Source: Minisyncoccota bacterium
GTDB taxonomy: Bacteria > Patescibacteriota > Minisyncoccia > JAHIHE01 > JAGLIN01
Direction of reading: 5' to 3'
DNA: 47,317 nucleotides
Assembly: GCA_023137595.1 (NCBI GenBank)
Contig: JAGLOZ010000029.1
Span: 1 to 47,317, forward strand
Part shown: positions 42,900 to 47,317 of the stretch, one piece after another
Layout of the letters: every line of letters starts with the position of its first letter
Position numbering within the stretch: position 1 is the first letter of the stretch
Notes under the pieces: generated by a model
Database searches by the model: none
Told to the model about the DNA's origin: nothing
The model's input: the letters and a program-made list of their open reading frames with translations, nothing else
Program-made: the position numbers and the translations under genes

Positions 42900-42944
42900 A
42901 AGGTGAAATATCATATTTATTAAACGACACTAAACTAAAACTCA

Positions 42945-44684
42945 ATGAATCAAAAAATAAAAGTGAAACAAATTAGAAAGAGGGACGGCAGGGTTGTGAA
43001 GTTTGAAAAAGCTAAAGTTGTCAAGGCAATTCACAAAGCGTTATCCGCTACTGGCGAGGGGAATAAACGCAACGCACAGGAATTGGCAAAAAAAGTAGAT
43101 TGTGAAATGAATAAAAGATTTACGGTCAGAAACGGCGGAGGGAAGATGAAAGCGGAAATTCCGACCGTTGAAGAAGTGCAAGATATTGTGGAAAATTTTT
43201 TGATTAGGGAAAATTATATTGATACGGCAAAATCTTATATAATCTATAGAGAGCAACATAGGCTTCTTCGGGAAAGTCAGGATGTTTTAAAAAAATCAGT
43301 AGACCTCGTTGATGATTATTTGAAAGAAATTGATTGGCAGGTTAAAGAAAACAGTAATATGTCCTATTCACTGCAAGGTTTAAATAATTATATTGCCAAT
43401 GTAATAACTTCCAAATATTGGGTTGAGAAAATTTATCCTCCAGAAATTAGAGAAGCGTATAACAAAGGCGATTTTCATATTCATGATCTTGGACTTCTTG
43501 CGGTTTATTGCTGCGGGTGGGATTTGAAAGATTTAATCACTAACGGGTTTGGTGGTGTTAGCGGAAAGAGCGAAAGCAAGGCTCCAAAACATTTTAGATC
43601 AGCATTAGGCCAGGTTGTAAATTTTTTCTATACGCTTCAGGGAGAAGCTGCCGGTGCTCAGGCTTTTTCAAATTTTGACACTCTTTTAGCGCCATTTATT
43701 AAATATGACCAGCTTACTTATCGAGACATAAAACAAGCCATTCAGGAATTTGTATTTAACATGAATGTGCCGACCAGAGTAGGATTTCAAACGCCATTTA
43801 CAAACATTACTATGGATTTGACAGTTCCTTCAACTCTTGCTGATGAAGCTGTTATAATCGGCGGGGTTCCTCAAAAAGAACAGTATAAAGATTTTACAAA
43901 TGAAATAAGCCTTTTGAATAAGGCTTTCGCTGAAATTATGCTGGAAGGAGACGCCTCTGGCAGAGTTTTTACTTTTCCCATTCCAACATACAATATAACG
44001 GATAATTTCAATTGGGATGATCCAAACCTTGAACCGATCTGGGAAATGACCGCAAAATACGGCATTCCATATTTTGCGAATTATATAAATAGTGACATGA
44101 AGCCGGAAGATGCCAGATCAATGTGTTGTAGGTTGCGTCTTGATAACAGGGAGCTTTATAAGCGCGGGGGAGGGCTGTTTGGAGCCTATCCGCTTACTGG
44201 CTCTATAGGAGTTGTAACGATTAACTTGCCAAGAATTGGATATTTAGCCAAAGGCAAGAAAGATTTCTATGATAATTTAAGAAGAGCTATGGATCTTGCA
44301 AAAGAAAGTTTGGAAATTAAAAGGAAAACTCTTGAGAATTTTACGGAAAAAGGGTTGTATCCATATTCAAAACATTTTCTTGCCAATATGAAGCTTCAAA
44401 GAGGGGAATATTGGAGTAATCATTTTTCAACTATCGGAATTATCGGAATGAATGAAGCTTTGCAAAATTTTCTCGGAGAAAAATATGACATCGCAACTAA
44501 AAAAGGCAACAAATTTGCCGAAGAAGTTTTAGAATTTATGCGCGATAGAATTGTGAAATACCAAGAAGAAACAGGAGGACTTTATAATCTTGAAGCGACT
44601 CCGGGAGAGGGAACTTCATACAGGCTGGCAAAGAAAGATATCACGAAGTATCCAGATATCATTACAGCGGCAATAGAAGTATAA
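42945..44684 (+). CDS. nrdD: anaerobic ribonucleoside-triphosphate reductase, apparently 3'-truncated (no glycyl-radical domain)
   Basis: 579 aa with an N-terminal ATP-cone (VRKRDGRVVKFEKAKVVKAI), an NrdD core and the active-site motif MCCRLRLD. The ORF ends about 186 aa after that Cys, at ...YPDIITAAIEV. No C-terminal Zn-Cys cluster or glycyl-radical motif (G-Y type) is visible. Confidence 0.75.
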   Translation: MNQKIKVKQIRKRDGRVVKFEKAKVVKAIHKALSATGEGNKRNAQELAKKVDCEMNKRFTVRNGGGKMKAEIPTVEEVQDIVENFLIRENYIDTAKSYIIYREQHRLLRESQDVLKKSVDLVDDYLKEIDWQVKENSNMSYSLQGLNNYIANVITSKYWVEKIYPPEIREAYNKGDFHIHDLGLLAVYCCGWDLKDLITNGFGGVSGKSESKAPKHFRSALGQVVNFFYTLQGEAAGAQAFSNFDTLLAPFIKYDQLTYRDIKQAIQEFVFNMNVPTRVGFQTPFTNITMDLTVPSTLADEAVIIGGVPQKEQYKDFTNEISLLNKAFAEIMLEGDASGRVFTFPIPTYNITDNFNWDDPNLEPIWEMTAKYGIPYFANYINSDMKPEDARSMCCRLRLDNRELYKRGGGLFGAYPLTGSIGVVTINLPRIGYLAKGKKDFYDNLRRAMDLAKESLEIKRKTLENFTEKGLYPYSKHFLANMKLQRGEYWSNHFSTIGIIGMNEALQNFLGEKYDIATKKGNKFAEEVLEFMRDRIVKYQEETGGLYNLEATPGEGTSYRLAKKDITKYPDIITAAIEV

Positions 44685-44736
44685 TTAGTTTTTTATGAGT
44701 ACGATTATGTGTATTAAAAACAAAATTATTATAAAT

Positions 44737-44776
44737 AAAAACCGCGAATAATTTTTCTGTTTGCGGTTTTTTATTT
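44737..44776 (+). terminator. rho-independent terminator between nrdD and nrdG
   Basis: AAAAACCGC (44737-44745) pairs with GCGGTTTTT (44763-44771). A TTTTTTATTTT run follows. Confidence 0.6.
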
Positions 44777-44842
44777 TATGTCGTTCTGCTGAAATAATTC
44801 TAACTTTATCACTTTTTTAACTTTCTACTTTATAACTTTTTT

Positions 44843-45565
44843 ATGTTCATAGGCGGATTTCAAAAATTTACAATGCTGGATTATCCGGGAAAAATTGCCG
44901 CGGTTGTTTTTACAATGGGTTGTAATTTTAGGTGTCCATATTGTCATAATCCTGAATTAGTAGATTCAAAATTAATTGATTATGAAAACGAAATTAAAGA
45001 AAATGATGTTCTTAAATTTTTAGATTCAAGAAAAGGGGATTTGGACGGAATTTGTATTACCGGCGGAGAGCCGACTTTGCAGCTTGGTTTGAAAGAATTT
45101 ATAAAAAAAATAAAAAAAATGGGATTTTCTATAAAACTTGATACAAATGCTTCTCATTCTAGTATTGTTTCTGAATTAATAGAAGATAATTTGGTTGATT
45201 ATTGGGCGATAGACATAAAAACAACTCCAGAAAAATATAAGATTATGACGAAAAAAGATGATATTATAGAAAATATAGAAAAAAGTATAAGTTTAATAAC
45301 GGGCAGTTGCAGTGAATTGGAACTTAGAACAACAGTTGCGCCTGGATATGTAAATCAGAAAGATTTTGACGAGATAATAAACTGGATAAACGGAATTGAT
45401 CAGAATATTTTTTCAAAACTATTTCGCTACTCAATTCAGAATTTTAGACCAGAAAAAACCTTGCACAATGGCTTTGAAAATGTAAAACCTTACGAAAAAA
45501 AAGAACTAGAAAAAATGTCTAAGAAATTGAAAAAATATTGCGGGAATGTTGTGGTGCTGGATTGA
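44843..45565 (+). CDS. nrdG: anaerobic ribonucleotide reductase activating protein (radical SAM)
   Basis: 240 aa with FTMLDYPGKIAAVVFTMGCNFRCPYCHN and ITGGEPTL. Confidence 0.85.
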   Translation: MFIGGFQKFTMLDYPGKIAAVVFTMGCNFRCPYCHNPELVDSKLIDYENEIKENDVLKFLDSRKGDLDGICITGGEPTLQLGLKEFIKKIKKMGFSIKLDTNASHSSIVSELIEDNLVDYWAIDIKTTPEKYKIMTKKDDIIENIEKSISLITGSCSELELRTTVAPGYVNQKDFDEIINWINGIDQNIFSKLFRYSIQNFRPEKTLHNGFENVKPYEKKELEKMSKKLKKYCGNVVVLD

Positions 45566-45705
45566 ATTATGAATTATGAATTATGGATTTGGCTCTTGGA
45601 GCGAGGATTCCAGTCTGAATATGTGGAAATATCTAAAGTTTCAAGTTTGTCGTATGGTTGTGAGGCTGTATTTAAAACACTTGCTCTAATTCTTAATTCT
45701 TAACT

Positions 45706-45975
45706 ATGCGTTTCAAATGCAAAGTCATTACAAGAGCTTCAAGAAATGAAGTTTTAGGAATTGATAATTTAAATCAATTGGATGTTGGGTTTAAAAATAA
45801 TAGCGTTGATAAATTGCCAGAATTAAAGATTTATCTTACTGCTGTTCCGGTGGATGGAAAAGCAAACAAAGAACTGATAAAATTATTATCAAAAGAATTG
45901 AATATTGGCAAGAGTAAGATTATCATTATTAAGGGTGAAAAAAATAAAGAAAAAATAATTGAGGTTTTGTTTTGA
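45706..45975 (+). CDS. DUF167 (YggU-like) family protein
   Basis: 89 aa with ASRNEV, a beta-alpha pattern, and AVPVDGKANKELIKLLSKEL, typical of UPF0235. Confidence 0.75.
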   Translation: MRFKCKVITRASRNEVLGIDNLNQLDVGFKNNSVDKLPELKIYLTAVPVDGKANKELIKLLSKELNIGKSKIIIIKGEKNKEKIIEVLF

Positions 45976-45995
45976 AATAAAAAAAGCAGAAATGA

Positions 45996-46244
45996 TTAGA
46001 AACCACTCTGCACTTTGTGTACGCGTTGATCATTTATTTCGAATTGAACTTCTGATCCTAACTCATTTTGTATGATTGTTGATTTAGATACTTTTCCTGA
46101 CTTATCTTGTATAGATATTTCAAAAACCTCGTAAATTAATTTTTCAATGAAACCTTCGGTATTATCTACTGTTACCAGGTCTCCTTTCTCTATTTTATCT
46201 CCTTCTTCAATTTTAAGTCTAATTTCATCCTTAATTTCAGTCAT
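45996..46244 (-). CDS. hypothetical small acidic protein
   Basis: 82 aa. AAGGAG lies 11 nt upstream of the ATG on the minus strand. Confidence 0.55.
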   Translation of the reverse strand: MTEIKDEIRLKIEEGDKIEKGDLVTVDNTEGFIEKLIYEVFEISIQDKSGKVSKSTIIQNELGSEVQFEINDQRVHKVQSGF

Positions 46245-46300
46245 TTTGACCTTAATCTCCTTATGACGTTATAATAATAATAATTTAAAAATAAGTCAAA

Positions 46301-47317
46301 TTGGTGGCAGAAAAAATAGATTATTTTAATAATCTAACAAAATCTAAAATTTTTCTTTTCATCTGCCTCTCTTTTATTCTCGGAATTTTTTTAGGCTCTT
46401 ATTTTTCAATTTCAATCTGGATTTTATTTTTGGAAGTGGGATTTTTCATCTCACTTGTTTTTTTATTGCGGGATAATAAAAAAGCAAGAATAATATTATT
46501 GCTAGTCATTTTTGTTTTACTGGGTTTTATAAGAATTGAAAGCGGGAAATTAAGCGAGGATAGAATTTTGGAAATAGAAAGTTTGAATAATCAGAAAATG
46601 ACAATAGAGGGAAAAATTTCCGAAAGTCCGGAGATTAAAAATAATAAACAGAAAATAATTCTTGAAAATTTAAAGGATATTAAAAATAGTAATAATATTG
46701 ACGGCAAGATCATTGTTTATACTGAACGATATCCGGAATATGATTTTAGAGACAAAATAAAATTTGAAAGTAAAATAAATATGCCTGAGGATTTTGACGG
46801 TTTTGAATATAGAAACTATCTTTTTGCAAAAGGAATTTATTATATCGTGTATTATCCTGAGATAGAAGTAGTAGAGAAAAACGATGCGGGAATTAATTTC
46901 CAAATTTTACAATTTAGAACATATGCAAACAAACTAATCAAAAAAATATTTTCAGAACCACAGGCGGGGATTGTAAGTGCGATGACATTAGGAGTAAGAT
47001 CAGGAATAAGCTCTGAGACATTAGAAAGCTTCAATAAAACCGGCACAAGGCACATTATAGCCATTTCAGGGCTTCATATGATGATTGTGTCGGTCGTATT
47101 TATGTATTTGTTGCTTGCTATCGGATTAAAGAGAAATTACGCGTTTTATTTTGCGATTTTGGGAATTGCTTTCTTTGTCGCTCTTGTTGGTTTTCCTCCT
47201 TCTGCTGTTCGCGCGGCTGTAATGGGAGGGCTTGTATTATTCGCAGTGAAAGTCGGGCGGCTTAACACCGCTGGCAATGCGGTTGTTTTTGCCGGGGTTT
47301 TGATGCTTTTATATGAT
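46301..47317 (+). CDS. comEC: competence protein ComEC/Rec2, N-terminal part (runs off the window end)
   Basis: This frame is open from TTG 46301 / GTG 46304 to the window end (339 codons). It is not in the ORF track because no stop is reached. It has TM helices, a DUF4131-like region, and the competence-domain motifs TGTRHIIAISGLHM and PSAVRAAVMG. Confidence 0.85.
   Translation, partial: MVAEKIDYFNNLTKSKIFLFICLSFILGIFLGSYFSISIWILFLEVGFFISLVFLLRDNKKARIILLLVIFVLLGFIRIESGKLSEDRILEIESLNNQKMTIEGKISESPEIKNNKQKIILENLKDIKNSNNIDGKIIVYTERYPEYDFRDKIKFESKINMPEDFDGFEYRNYLFAKGIYYIVYYPEIEVVEKNDAGINFQILQFRTYANKLIKKIFSEPQAGIVSAMTLGVRSGISSETLESFNKTGTRHIIAISGLHMMIVSVVFMYLLLAIGLKRNYAFYFAILGIAFFVALVGFPPSAVRAAVMGGLVLFAVKVGRLNTAGNAVVFAGVLMLLYD

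Noticed and set aside
44685-44842. Group I intron or split-gene junction after the truncated nrdD, by analogy with the phage T4 nrdD intron.
   Set aside because: The gap is only 158 nt and AT-rich, and it contains a terminator. No downstream exon encodes the glycyl-radical domain, because nrdG starts directly at 44843.
1-47317. Search for tRNA, rRNA, tmRNA and SRP RNA genes.
   Set aside because: No T-loop/acceptor-type signatures (GGTTCGAATCC-like) were seen outside coding regions. No SRP domain IV motif (GGAAGCAGCC-like) and no rRNA-like GC-rich blocks were seen either. This was a visual scan only, so small RNAs could have been missed.

Overview
This is an AT-rich bacterial window with about 48 protein genes, no tRNA or rRNA genes, and no CRISPR array. 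The gene content and the word-like intergenic repeats suggest a reduced-genome Patescibacteria/CPR-like organism, but that is inference. Housekeeping genes include topA, dprA, pth, an LCP-family gene, lepB, hisS, rpsU, yqeY, ybeY, dgkA, ftsA, ftsZ, nrdD/nrdG, partial comEC, lgt, three glycosyltransferases, an ADP-forming acetyl-CoA synthetase and an orphan porG-porD pair. The centre (about 11.9-24.9 kb) is an aromatic amino acid island. It contains tyrA and two short prephenate-dehydratase paralogs that lack the ACT domain. It also contains a ~9 kb operon: a fused aroD-aroE-aroK, chorismate mutase, a fused aroA-aroC, the archaeal-type ADH synthase and dehydroquinate synthase II, then aspartate kinase and aspartate-semialdehyde dehydrogenase. 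The most interesting signal is a family of three paralogous leader-peptide transcription attenuators. Each has a TTGACA-N16-TATNNT promoter, a 20-codon leader ORF, a TAG stop embedded in an antiterminator strand, and a short hairpin followed by a U tract. Two leaders are Phe-rich (QFFFYSFFS and QFFFFSFFS). One precedes the aro operon and the other precedes an unannotated 45-aa sORF. The third leader is Thr/Ile-rich and precedes a GC-enriched structured leader plus a 34-aa sORF. Other observations are several palindromic and word-repeat families in the spacers, a 155-nt hairpin that supplies the lgt stop codon, and a 44-bp perfect palindrome. There is also a 3'-truncated nrdD, a GNAT gene frameshifted at an A7 run, and an ORF with an in-frame TAA lying between ftsA and ftsZ.
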